Notes under the pieces: generated by a model | What the model was told of the DNA's origin: nothing | Databases searched by the model: none | What the model saw: the letters and a program-made list of their open reading frames with translations, nothing else | Made by a program: the position numbers and the translations under genes | In this document: in pieces, positions 9,534 through 18,441 of the stretch | Layout of the letters: the number at the start of each line of letters is the position of its first letter | Position numbering within the stretch: the first letter of the stretch is position 1 | Virus record (IMG/VR): IMGVR_UViG_3300038552_000393 | Coordinates: 1 to 57,111 of that record | Reading direction: 5' to 3' (one strand) | Source of the DNA: a virus | Lineage: Duplodnaviria > Caudoviricetes | DNA: 57,111 nt

Positions 9534-9831
9534 TGATATGTTGTGAAATTCCGTCCGCAATCACCGCCATGTCCTTAGTCATCCAGACCGCCAGCGGCAC
9601 CCCGGACACCTCGGCCAAGAGCAGGGCACGCTCATAACTCGGCCTGATCTTGGCCGTCAGGACCCTGGATACCCAGTCCTTTCGGTATCCGGTCTGCTCT
9701 GATAGATACGTGGCATATCCCCGATCTATGCCCTTATTAACCATGATGCCTGCACCTGTTAACACCATTGATTTACACCTGTTAACTATTCGTGTTTTCG
9801 CAATTTGCAAATTGCGAAATGCCATTTTCAA
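9502..9831 (-). CDS. Cro/XRE-like HTH protein
   Basis: YLSEQTGYRKDWVSRVLTAKIRPSYERALLLAEVSG; paralogous to the C-terminus of the BRO protein. The true start may be further downstream. Confidence 0.7.
   Translation of the reverse strand: MKMAFRNLQIAKTRIVNRCKSMVLTGAGIMVNKGIDRGYATYLSEQTGYRKDWVSRVLTAKIRPSYERALLLAEVSGVPLAVWMTKDMAVIADGISQHINGAADADEEG
9796..9819. repeat. Perfect 24-bp palindrome TTTCGCAATTTGCAAATTGCGAAA
   Basis: Read directly; the sequence is self-complementary. Confidence 0.9.
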
Positions 9832-9837
9832 GGGCGT

Positions 9838-9965
9838 TCAAAGTTGCGCCGCACGCAACTTTCATTGGCACTCAAAGTTGCGTGCGACGCAACTTCAGGC
9901 TCAAAGTTGCGTCGCACGCAACTTTCGTTGGCACTCAAAGTTGCGTGCGACGCAACTTTGAGTGC
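9838..9965. repeat. Array of four ~23-bp palindromes (consensus AAAGTTGCGT-NNN-ACGCAACTTT) in two 63-bp direct repeats
   Basis: Units start at about 9838, 9872, 9901 and 9935 and alternate in orientation (CGC/GCG loop). Confidence 0.92.
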
Positions 9966-10212
9966 TTGCGTAACGTCATCGAATCCGATTACCCTTGAGC
10001 GAATCCGGCTGGCCAGAAGGTGCTGCAGATCTGATATCCGCATGGGTACTCCTTGTCGGCTATTGGGTTGGCATTGACCCTCGCGAATCGTGAGGGCCAT
10101 TCTATCTGATGGAACGCCGCGCCGCCGGATAGCAGCGGCGCGGCGGGGGTGCTTCCGTTCGCAGGCGGCTGGAACATGCAAGGGACCGCCGCTACTTTAC
10201 CCGTCGGAAGCC

Positions 10213-10488
10213 TTACCGGGGAGGAGGCACTTGCGCATACACCGGCTCGCGAGCTTGCCGCACGGCATCCGGCAAACTCGCGGCCGAAAAGAAGAGGCCG
10301 GCGACCAGGGCCACAACCAGCGCCATACCCATGGCCTCGGATATCAGGCGCATGACAATCTGCGGCATCCGGCTGGCGTCCGGCCTGTTGCGGGCTTGTT
10401 GCCGCAGGCATACGGGCACATGATCGACGGCGGGAATAGTCTCGTTCAGAAATGTGATGCGGGTCTTTGCCGAGCGGTTAGTTGGCAT
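10213..10488 (-). CDS. Hypothetical membrane protein
   Basis: 91-aa ORF with one hydrophobic segment, overlapping the BRO stop. Confidence 0.5.
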   Translation of the reverse strand: MPTNRSAKTRITFLNETIPAVDHVPVCLRQQARNRPDASRMPQIVMRLISEAMGMALVVALVAGLFFSAASLPDAVRQAREPVYAQVPPPR

Positions 10489-11284
10489 CCTGCACCGCCT
10501 TTCCGATTAAATCCTCATCCTTGGACATCCAGATGGCCAAGGATATGCCGGACACCCTGGACAAAATGACCGCGCGGTCGAAACTGGCGCGGGATTTTGC
10601 GTTGAGCACCTTTGAAATATAGCTTTGGGTAAAGCCGGTCTTTTGTACCAGTGTCTGCGCGTAGCCACGCGGGGTTTTACCGCCGCCCGTAAACTTGCGC
10701 GGCTCTGAATAGGCCTTCGCCGGTTGCGCGGGTTTAGCAACCGGCGAAGGCGCATCGCCGGGCGGATTAATCTTAACCCCTACCATTTCCAGCACATCCA
10801 CCCCGTGAAGTTCCTTGACCATCTCGTTGGCCTTCAGCCGGCACTCGTCGATCGTCATGCCGGCCCGCTGGCAAACCCGGATGCCGGCGCCGAAATCGCG
10901 ATCCAGAATGGTCAAGGGGACTTGATCGGGACGGGGAGGGGAGGAGGGGCGGGGAGCCTGGTAGCCGCCGGTCTTGCGGATCGAGGGCAGGACCTCGTGG
11001 GTCACCCAGCGCCGGAAGGGCTTGGCCTCCGGTTTGTTGCTGCGCATGATCAGGGTGTAAAGACCGGATTCGCTGATGGTCGTCACGTCGCGTTGCTGAC
11101 CTGCACCGTATATTTTACGGTTCAGCTTTTCGTCCTCATCCAATTTTTCACACGCTTGCCAAGAATCGGCTATGCCCAACACGTCGCAAACATCCTTGGC
11201 CACCCACCATGGGTTGCCGGCTTCATCCATTAAAACCCGGACCGATTGATCGTTGTAACTGAATGCCATTAAATCGCCTTGCAT
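10478..11284 (-). CDS. BRO-N family antirepressor with C-terminal HTH
   Basis: PWWVAKDVCDVLG, ISESGLYTLIMRSNKPEAKPFRRWVTHEVLPSIRKTGGY; GGAGG RBS. Confidence 0.92.
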   Translation of the reverse strand: MQGDLMAFSYNDQSVRVLMDEAGNPWWVAKDVCDVLGIADSWQACEKLDEDEKLNRKIYGAGQQRDVTTISESGLYTLIMRSNKPEAKPFRRWVTHEVLPSIRKTGGYQAPRPSSPPRPDQVPLTILDRDFGAGIRVCQRAGMTIDECRLKANEMVKELHGVDVLEMVGVKINPPGDAPSPVAKPAQPAKAYSEPRKFTGGGKTPRGYAQTLVQKTGFTQSYISKVLNAKSRASFDRAVILSRVSGISLAIWMSKDEDLIGKAVQDAN

Positions 11285-11381
11285 AAAATCACCTCCATCA
11301 TGTTGATTTATTGATGGTTCACCTTGCTGACCCCCGCAGATCACCAAGGTGAACACAGGTGAACTTGCCGTGAATAAAAAT

Positions 11382-11663
11382 TCACGGCAGACTGCTGAGC
11401 AATGCCACAACGGCCTGCTCGTACCGCCACAATCTTTCTTCAATTGGAAGGATCCGCAATTGAGTCTCGATCGCACGGCTGATGAACGTCGAAAGTCCGA
11501 CTCCCAGTTCGGAACAGACAGCCCGCAGAGCGGCCTTCTGTGTCTCGGTCAGCTTGACCTGGCACCCGTCTGTTTTCGACTCGCTCCGGGGTGCGTCCCG
11601 GTAAGCTTCGAGAGTTTTTTCGATGTTCACGGTCCCGCCAAACACACAATTTTCAATCTTCAT
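11382..11663 (-). CDS. Ribbon-helix-helix-like regulator (CII position)
   Basis: QVKLTETQKAALRAVCSELGVGLSTFISRAIE fits an RHH pattern; downstream of cro. Confidence 0.55.
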   Translation of the reverse strand: MKIENCVFGGTVNIEKTLEAYRDAPRSESKTDGCQVKLTETQKAALRAVCSELGVGLSTFISRAIETQLRILPIEERLWRYEQAVVALLSSLP

Positions 11664-11805
11664 TCTGCTTTTCCCCTTTGTTTGTTCACCCCCTTGCCTA
11701 CCTTTTTCGATCGGACGGGGGACTCTCATTGGATGGTTTGCCATTGCCATCATCATCTTCACTCCCCTCATTTGCCCGACCGTTTTTGCTGTTTTTTTTA
11801 ACCTA

Positions 11806-12024
11806 TCAATAATCAAGCTGATTCATTCTTATCAATTCACGCTTGATCTCTTCGGAGGAACCAAACAACCAGATGCACGCAGTAACTCCAGTCACATCTT
11901 CAAGCACCTTGGCGCGCAATCTTCCAGGACGTTTTCTGGTCCCGGCATAATCGGAAAGCTCCTGAGTTTTTATCCCTGTTTGTTTTTTGATATTTTTTAA
12001 TAACCCGTAAGGAAGCCTAAGCAT
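11806..12024 (-). CDS. Cro-like HTH protein
   Basis: Small basic HTH divergent from the repressor; AGGAG RBS. Confidence 0.7.
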   Translation of the reverse strand: MLRLPYGLLKNIKKQTGIKTQELSDYAGTRKRPGRLRAKVLEDVTGVTACIWLFGSSEEIKRELIRMNQLDY

Positions 12025-12037
12025 GAGCACTGTCTCC

Positions 12038-12123
12038 TATTGCACTTTTTAAATGCACTTATACACGAATAACGTGTATATGTCAAGTGCAAAAATGCAT
12101 TTATTTTGCGCATTGCGTAAGCG
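12038..12123. promoter_or_regulatory. Divergent repressor/cro control region with operator-like inverted repeats
   Basis: TATACACG-N5-CGTGTATA at about 12060-12080, flanked by TGCACTT/AAGTGCA; TTGACA on the minus strand at about 12081-12086; AT-rich. Confidence 0.65.
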
Positions 12124-12150
12124 ATGTACACCGTGATAGTGAAATATGTT

Positions 12151-12708
12151 ATGGACCCAGTTGATATTTTTAGAGAAAAACTGAGAAAAATCACCCTTGG
12201 CAAAAATCCTAGTCAGGCAGAAATTGCCAAATCGATTGGCATCACAGCAAGAGAGCTGAATGCGTTTATTCATAGCAATCGCCGCAAAACACCTAAGAAT
12301 TTGGGCACCGGGAAGCTCCTGGATATTTGCGAATTTCTTGGCGTCCGTTATGATGAGATGGTGCGGCCAGATGATGTTAATTGCCAACTCCTGGAAGATG
12401 CGGAGATAATTGACAACGTTATTGAATCCGAACACTTCGCCATCCTGAAGCAGTTCAAGGACAAATCAGCCGCCAAGAACATCAATGCAGATTTGTTGGA
12501 ACTGGAACGGATGGACCCTCTGGCCTTCCAGGAGACAGCGGCTTACATCAGGGGGATGGTCAAGGGGCTGAAGAAAGCCCGCGATATCCAGCGTCGGCCC
12601 GAGCGCCGCATCGCGCAACGCCGTGGCGCTGCTGACGACACCTCGAACCCGGACAAGATCAACCGCAGGTTGCTGCCGGACCGCCGAAAAAACGGCTCGA
12701 CCGGGTGA
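12151..12708 (+). CDS. CI-like XRE repressor without S24 peptidase domain, Arg-rich C-terminus
   Basis: SQAEIAKSIGITARELNAFI HTH; divergent from cro; tail ERRIAQRR...NRRLLPDRRK. Alternative start at 12124. Confidence 0.8.
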   Translation: MDPVDIFREKLRKITLGKNPSQAEIAKSIGITARELNAFIHSNRRKTPKNLGTGKLLDICEFLGVRYDEMVRPDDVNCQLLEDAEIIDNVIESEHFAILKQFKDKSAAKNINADLLELERMDPLAFQETAAYIRGMVKGLKKARDIQRRPERRIAQRRGAADDTSNPDKINRRLLPDRRKNGSTG

Positions 12709-12758
12709 TGGGGAGACGCTTGAATATCGTCTATGTGCGCTTCAAATAAAACGAAGTC

Positions 12759-13217
12759 ATGGAGGCTCAATTGATTATTGCGAAAGGATCGATGCTATTT
12801 TCGGCTTTTATCTTTTATTTCCTATTGGCCGTTCCATTTTCATTCGCTGATAAATGGTCCTGGGCCGATTACTGGCATAATTTAAGCGCGCTAGAAAAAT
12901 CGATATTTTTGGCTGGCTTTTCTTCCGGTAGGGCTGAAACTTATAACCAAATAACTGGCCATTTATGGGATGACTGTCGCAGAAAAGCTCACGAATCATA
13001 CCTGATCAATAGTAAACTTTTTACAGAATACAAAAATGACAGAATCATTGAAGGGTTCGATGCCTTCTATTCAATAAATAGCAATAGAAATATCCCCATC
13101 GAAATCGCGTTTCTTTTTGTTACCATGCGGTTGTCTGGGGCAAGTGACGATAGCTATAATAAATCCCTATCAGAAATTCAGCAACAATTCCCGTGGTGGG
13201 TTAATTCATCAAGGTAA
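12759..13217 (+). CDS. Secreted or membrane-anchored hypothetical protein (moron)
   Basis: Hydrophobic N-terminus ending in SFA; low GC. Confidence 0.7.
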   Translation: MEAQLIIAKGSMLFSAFIFYFLLAVPFSFADKWSWADYWHNLSALEKSIFLAGFSSGRAETYNQITGHLWDDCRRKAHESYLINSKLFTEYKNDRIIEGFDAFYSINSNRNIPIEIAFLFVTMRLSGASDDSYNKSLSEIQQQFPWWVNSSR

Positions 13218-13221
13218 ATAA

Positions 13222-13929
13222 ATGCAAAATTCTAACGGATTGAAAACGCTTTTTGTTAGTGTAATTTTTGCAATAATTTTATCACTTTCCACGACTACAA
13301 AAGGATGGTGTGACGACTCTTGGCAAGGAAAGGTTGTCGGCATTTCAGACGGGGATACCATAACGGTGCTAAATGGCGGCATTGGCGAAAAAATTAGGCT
13401 CTATGGAATTGACTCGCCTGAAATTGGGCAAGATTTCGGGAAGAAGGCCAAGTCTTTTACGTCCGGTCAAGTGTTTGGAAAAATGGTAACCGTAGTACCC
13501 ATAGACCATGACAGGTATGCCCGAACGGTTGCGGTAATTTATGCCGCACCAAACGAAGAAAGCCTGAATGAAAGCATTTTGCGAGCAGGCTATGCCTGGT
13601 TATATAGCAAATACTGCAAGGCTCAGTTTTGTTCCGACTGGATTAAAATGGAGCAAGCTGCAAAAGAAAGCGGAATTGGCCTATGGTCCCAAAAAAATCC
13701 GGTCGCGCCTTGGGTCAGCAGGACAAGGAAGAGCACTTCTAATAGCGTGCCTGGTCTCGATAGCAACTCACCCGCAACCGAAACGATATATCATGGTAAC
13801 ACCCAATCCCATATCTTTCATAGCGCAGGATGCAAGCACTTTAATTGCAAGGCATGCACTGCCTCTTTTAGCGGCAGGGATGAGGCCATCACCGCTGGCT
13901 ATAGACCATGTAAAGCCTGTAATCCTTAA
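13222..13929 (+). CDS. Thermonuclease (SNase family) with C-terminal Ada-type metal-binding domain
   Basis: Signal-like N-terminus; VGISDGDTI, IRLYGIDSPE, DRYARTVA, AKESGIGLW; C-terminal FHSAGCKHFNCKAC...AGYRPCKACNP. Confidence 0.92.
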   Translation: MQNSNGLKTLFVSVIFAIILSLSTTTKGWCDDSWQGKVVGISDGDTITVLNGGIGEKIRLYGIDSPEIGQDFGKKAKSFTSGQVFGKMVTVVPIDHDRYARTVAVIYAAPNEESLNESILRAGYAWLYSKYCKAQFCSDWIKMEQAAKESGIGLWSQKNPVAPWVSRTRKSTSNSVPGLDSNSPATETIYHGNTQSHIFHSAGCKHFNCKACTASFSGRDEAITAGYRPCKACNP

Positions 13930-14005
13930 GCAATAGCGGCGATGGATAGGCGGGATTAGTAAAAGGGAAATACCTTGGTTCTTGCTTTGAAAAAAAGGAG
14001 GGTAT

Positions 14006-14257
14006 ATGTCAAAATCCGTGGTTGTGTTCGCACTCTTGCTCGCCTTGCTTCCAATCTCAGCCATTGCCAGCGATCTTCCTGACATTTACCAGGACAAATC
14101 CGACGGCGTTTGCATGGAATCGCCTTCGGATGAGAATGTCATTCTGGCCGGACGCGGCTGCTGCTCGTATCATGACGGCGAGTGCGGGTGCGATGATTTC
14201 ACCGGCAGAACAAAATGTTGTGACGGCACGTTGAGCCCGTCTTGCCGATGTGATTAG
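14006..14257 (+). CDS. Small secreted Cys-rich protein
   Basis: Signal peptide; GCCSYHDGECGC...CCDGTLSPSCRC; GGAGG RBS. Confidence 0.75.
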   Translation: MSKSVVVFALLLALLPISAIASDLPDIYQDKSDGVCMESPSDENVILAGRGCCSYHDGECGCDDFTGRTKCCDGTLSPSCRCD

Positions 14258-14323
14258 ATCGATAGAACAGGCCGCCTTGAACTACCTGCGCGCTCATAAA
14301 TAGGGGGCGGAGAGGGTGGAGTG

Positions 14324-14833
14324 TTACACCCGCCGGCGCTCCACCTCCACTCCCAGCTCGGCGTACAGTTCCAGCAAGCGCCGCTCCACCTCGCAGCGCA
14401 GCGTCAGGTCCTGGTCCCGGAAGCCGTCGTCGGTGCAGTAGGGATTATCCGCGGCGCCGTGGAATATAACTCGCTCGTAGATCGACACATGGTGCCGCGC
14501 CAGGGAAAGCTGCCCGAAGGCCAGGTCGTGAAAGCCGGCTACGGAGCTATAGGCGATGGAATCGACGATCGTCCGGTCGCTGACCACCCATTCGTAGCGC
14601 TGCACGGCTTCGATTTCGGCCCGCACCTGCTCGACGAATACCCAAAGTTGGGCCTGGCGCGTGGTCGCGTTGTGGCCGATCCGGTAAACGGGCAGGGGAC
14701 ACCGCCGGGCCACCTCGCACACCACGCCCACCTCGCCGGCCTGGCTGCGCTTCAGCTCGGCCGCCAGCGCATAGGCCGCCGTGGTTTTGCCCGTGCCGTG
14801 CGATCCGGATATGGCGATTATTTTTCCGTCCAC
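14324..14833 (-). CDS. P-loop nucleotide kinase-like protein (NadR/AAA_28-type)
   Basis: IAISGSHGTGKTT, EVAR, VSDRTIVD, DDGFR motifs. Confidence 0.8.
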   Translation of the reverse strand: MDGKIIAISGSHGTGKTTAAYALAAELKRSQAGEVGVVCEVARRCPLPVYRIGHNATTRQAQLWVFVEQVRAEIEAVQRYEWVVSDRTIVDSIAYSSVAGFHDLAFGQLSLARHHVSIYERVIFHGAADNPYCTDDGFRDQDLTLRCEVERRLLELYAELGVEVERRRV

Positions 14834-14836
14834 GGC

Positions 14837-15385
14837 CTACTGATCCTTCCTGGCGGCCAGCAATGCGGTCTTGTCGCTGCTGCCCTTGCTGCTGCCAAAA
14901 AAATAGGCCACCACCGACCCGAACGCCCCGGAAAGCGCGCCGAAAAGCAGAAACACCGCTTCGGTCGATCCAGCCGGCAACGGCCGCACCATCATCACCA
15001 CCGTCAGCAGGAAAAACCCGACCACGATCACGGCCGCCAGCCCGTACATGGCCACATCACGCGTCCCGGTGGCTTTGACCTGCTCGGTGGCCGAGGCCCT
15101 GGCGCTCTGCCGGTCGTAAAGGACCTGGCCGTCGGACGCCAAGGAAAGCTCCTGCAGCTTTTCCTGGTGCCGGTATTCGACCTCGCGCAGCTTCATCGAG
15201 GACTGCGGATCGGCCATGATCGCTTCCAACACCCGCTGCGGGTCGGCGTCCTCGTCTTTGATCCCCAGCGCGCTGCACAACAGTGCGATCGCTCCGCCGG
15301 CAGCCGTCCCCGCCGGACCGCCGATAACGGTCCCCAGCAAAGGCGCAAATTCACTGACCTTTTTGGCAACGTCTTTCCAGTCCAT
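14837..15385 (-). CDS. Holin-like membrane protein
   Basis: APLLGTVIGGPAG N-terminus, DRQSAR, two C-terminal TM segments ending YFFGSS; located in the lysis module. Confidence 0.75.
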   Translation of the reverse strand: MDWKDVAKKVSEFAPLLGTVIGGPAGTAAGGAIALLCSALGIKDEDADPQRVLEAIMADPQSSMKLREVEYRHQEKLQELSLASDGQVLYDRQSARASATEQVKATGTRDVAMYGLAAVIVVGFFLLTVVMMVRPLPAGSTEAVFLLFGALSGAFGSVVAYFFGSSKGSSDKTALLAARKDQ

Positions 15386-15532
15386 CAACACTCCTTTCTT
15401 TTTCGCACAAGCGGCCGGCGTTCCCCGCAATGCCGGCAAGGATAACGCAGGGCGCGCAACCGGGGCGCATTAACGGCATTAATCCGGTACTCGTAGCGCA
15501 GGCCGCGCAGATCAATTGCACACGCGCCTGCC

Positions 15533-15853
15533 TCACGGGCTTTGCTTTGCCATCAGCTTGATCCCCTTCCACACGGCGGCCAACACCCCGGATGTCAGGG
15601 CCGTAACGATCAACAAGACAATGGCAAACCCGAGCCGCTCGCCGACCTTGCGCATCCGATAGAGCACCTGCAAGGACAAGCGCATCTGCTCGATACCCTT
15701 GGCGTAGTTGCCATCACCCTGGTCGCGCACCATGCCCATCAGGTGCGGCAATTCGTTTAACCCGTCCGTGTCCAGCCCGCACAAACACCCGGATTCCAAG
15801 GCCGCGCGGATCGTTTCGGTGATCTGCTGCTTATCTTCTTTCGTCAATGCCAC
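15533..15853 (-). CDS. Membrane protein, possible holin or antiholin
   Basis: Single C-terminal TM segment, directly downstream of the endolysin. Confidence 0.6.
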   Translation of the reverse strand: MALTKEDKQQITETIRAALESGCLCGLDTDGLNELPHLMGMVRDQGDGNYAKGIEQMRLSLQVLYRMRKVGERLGFAIVLLIVTALTSGVLAAVWKGIKLMAKQSP

Positions 15854-15874
15854 CTCTTCGGGCCTCCTTTCGGT

Positions 15875-16354
15875 CTACCTGGCCAGCCGCGCCAGCCAGC
15901 CGGCAATATACAATGGTTTTCCAAGCTCTAAATAATATCGCCCGGCCATTATCCGATAGGCCATTAAAAGCGCCTCGGGGTGAGGATAGCGGTTGACCGC
16001 GCCCAGGGTCTTGGGTCCGGCCAGGCCGTCTTCCTTCAACTCTGCGCCCAAACTATTGCACGCCCGCTGCAGCAGCCGACAGGCTGTAGGCACCCACAGG
16101 TTGACACACAAATCGAAATGTTTGCAGGCGATGTCGAACGAAAGGATGCGGTCGGCCCCGCCGGCCTTCCAATATTCGGTCTGGTAAATCCGCCTGGCAG
16201 TCTCGACCGTCAGATTGGCGATATCCAGCCCCGGATGCGCCGACTTACAAATCCCGTAGCGCGTCAGCCCGCCCGGATCATGGGGATCGTCCGATCCAAC
16301 CCCCTCGTTTTCAAGCGTCTGAGACAATGCCAAGTCAAAACAGTCTCGCCACAT
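15875..16354 (-). CDS. Endolysin, glycoside hydrolase family 108
   Basis: ENEG..DDPHDPGGLTRYGI, FDLCVN, EDGLAGPKTLGA, GWLAR. Confidence 0.9.
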   Translation of the reverse strand: MWRDCFDLALSQTLENEGVGSDDPHDPGGLTRYGICKSAHPGLDIANLTVETARRIYQTEYWKAGGADRILSFDIACKHFDLCVNLWVPTACRLLQRACNSLGAELKEDGLAGPKTLGAVNRYPHPEALLMAYRIMAGRYYLELGKPLYIAGWLARLAR

Positions 16355-16408
16355 TACGGGCTCCAGGTGATAACCTTATCATGCGGATACATATCGTTCC
16401 TTATTATT

Positions 16409-17860
16409 TTAATTAGCCACATAACCAGACCTAACAATGCCCCGGATGGTCGTGGGCGCAGTTGGGTCTTCCGGAGGAGGACCGTCCCCGCTGTATCCTA
16501 TTTGAGTGACACCCGTAACCCAAGCCCCAATATCAGCGCCTGCCCGGCCAGCGCCCAGGGCAGGGCTTGATCCTCCAAGCTTTACATCTTCCGGCTCATC
16601 GTAGTCGAGAACGCCATCGTCCGGGTCGAATTCTGGATCGTCGATTGTTGAATTCTCGTCGAATCCTCCCGCGGCGACGGTGTGGGACGCTGTGGCAGTT
16701 TTCCAGGCCGAAAGATCGGTATATTCGGTAAAAGCGATTTCAAAAATATTTCCAGATCCACCATAAAAAATGTTATTGTTAATCACTGGGTTGTTCATCA
16801 TTGCAGCGGCCGGCACCCTAATGTAATCCTTATTGGTTGCAGTCATTACGACAATATTATTGTATGTGTCCATATCAATTGACCACAACACTTCGCTGCC
16901 AGGATCAAACTTTATTCCCTGGTCGGCAGATCTGATCGTGTTATTGCTTATCGTTAGACTATAGGAATGCCCGCCAGCGCTTCCGTTCTGATCAACATCC
17001 CCAAAAGCCAACGTGATTACATTGATCACGTTGTATCGGACTATATTATACTCACAATCAGGCCCCTTGGAGTTCTCAAGAATCCCGTTTATCATGTTAC
17101 CGGAGATAAAATTCCTCTCTACAGTAACGTGGGCGATATTATCCTTAAGGTAAAATCCAGTAACCGAATTTGTAACTGTATTCTGAATTATATCAATATA
17201 ATCACTATCATATATTTCTACTCCAGATGGGTTTACACCGGTTGCCTGATCCCCGCTACGCCCATTATCGAAAAGATAGTTATTGTAAATCGTAATATGA
17301 TCGCAGTTTTCAATACGAATCGATGCAGTATTGCTGGTTCCAGTTGCAGCCCCGGATAGCTGGCAGTTCTTGTAGGTGACATAAGATGATCCGTCAGAAG
17401 TAGCGGCTTTCGCAATTCCACCAGCGTCCTTTTCTCCGGCGGCCTGAAACCCATCAAAGGTTATGTAATTCTGCCCATAGGTACCGAACGTAGGGACTGT
17501 TGAAGAAGACCCTGCATTTGCAGAGTTATCAAATATTACTACCTCGTTTGTGTACCTCTGGAAGGTAATAATATGGCCGGACGAACCACTATTAGTTGGA
17601 TAAAATGACGGCCTATTGCCGTCTCCAGATGGCGTAACCGTAGGCGCAACATAGGTTCCCGCCCTGAAATTAATGATATCGTCATCGTCTGCGTTTGCCA
17701 GGGCGGTCGCTATCGAGCAAGCCGATGCCCCTGATAAAGGTGTTTCTCCGTCACAATTAGCCCATGATGCGCCTCCATTATCATCAACCCAATAGGTTGC
17801 TGCGTTTACAACTGGTGAGAAAACAAGCAGAACGGCAATAAGTAAAAGCTTTTTTATCAC
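16409..17860 (-). CDS. Secreted right-handed parallel beta-helix protein (depolymerase-like)
   Basis: Signal peptide MIKKLLLIAVLLVFSPVVNA|ATYWVD; many I-x-N-N-x-I repeats; SPALGAG..DIGAW cap. Confidence 0.8.
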   Translation of the reverse strand: MIKKLLLIAVLLVFSPVVNAATYWVDDNGGASWANCDGETPLSGASACSIATALANADDDDIINFRAGTYVAPTVTPSGDGNRPSFYPTNSGSSGHIITFQRYTNEVVIFDNSANAGSSSTVPTFGTYGQNYITFDGFQAAGEKDAGGIAKAATSDGSSYVTYKNCQLSGAATGTSNTASIRIENCDHITIYNNYLFDNGRSGDQATGVNPSGVEIYDSDYIDIIQNTVTNSVTGFYLKDNIAHVTVERNFISGNMINGILENSKGPDCEYNIVRYNVINVITLAFGDVDQNGSAGGHSYSLTISNNTIRSADQGIKFDPGSEVLWSIDMDTYNNIVVMTATNKDYIRVPAAAMMNNPVINNNIFYGGSGNIFEIAFTEYTDLSAWKTATASHTVAAGGFDENSTIDDPEFDPDDGVLDYDEPEDVKLGGSSPALGAGRAGADIGAWVTGVTQIGYSGDGPPPEDPTAPTTIRGIVRSGYVAN

Positions 17861-18432
17861 GGTGTATCCGCCGAGTTGTTTACAGTAATTGTTATGGCTG
17901 CGTTGGATTCGAGTGTGGAGGCGCTGTCTGGGTCAAAGTTTTCAAGAGATGAGTCGCACGGCATGGCTATGAATTTTATTGTATACCCGGTTGCCGATGG
18001 GTTGCGGTACATACGCGCGCTGGTGGCCCTGGTGTGGGTTATCCCGACTAAATAATTTGTCGTGGCCAGACATAGCTCAGATGGCAACTGCCAATGCTTC
18101 CAGCCATCCGCCCCGGCGTCTGCCGTGTAATATTCTTTAAGCTTTACTCCTGCGGTGGTGTAAACTGCTGTGTTAACACCATAGTTATCAAGGTAGTTCG
18201 CATAGACATGGATATAGTTTGCGGCTCCGGCAGTAGCGGTGAATTGGGTGTAATATAGAGTATTATTTGCAGTAGTTGGATACCCGGATGATATCGATTG
18301 CCCGAGGGTGCCACTGCCTGAGCACCCCCCACCATCTACAGCCACCACTCCGCCGATTACCCTGTAGCCAAATCCACCAAAGCAAGCGGCGAAGATGAAA
18401 AGCGCGGCGAAAACACCATATATTTTTTTCAT
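17857..18432 (-). CDS. Secreted beta-sandwich hypothetical protein
   Basis: Signal-like N-terminus MKKIYGVFAALFIFAACFG; coupled to the beta-helix gene. Confidence 0.7.
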   Translation of the reverse strand: MKKIYGVFAALFIFAACFGGFGYRVIGGVVAVDGGGCSGSGTLGQSISSGYPTTANNTLYYTQFTATAGAANYIHVYANYLDNYGVNTAVYTTAGVKLKEYYTADAGADGWKHWQLPSELCLATTNYLVGITHTRATSARMYRNPSATGYTIKFIAMPCDSSLENFDPDSASTLESNAAITITVNNSADTP

Positions 18433-18441
18433 CCCTACTTC

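Noticed and set aside
9838-9965. Possible mini-CRISPR array
   Set aside because: Spacers are only about 5-11 bp and repeat themselves, repeats alternate in orientation, and no cas genes are present.
15351-15572. Small Cys-rich ORF as an o-spanin
   Set aside because: No signal peptide or lipobox and no clear RBS.
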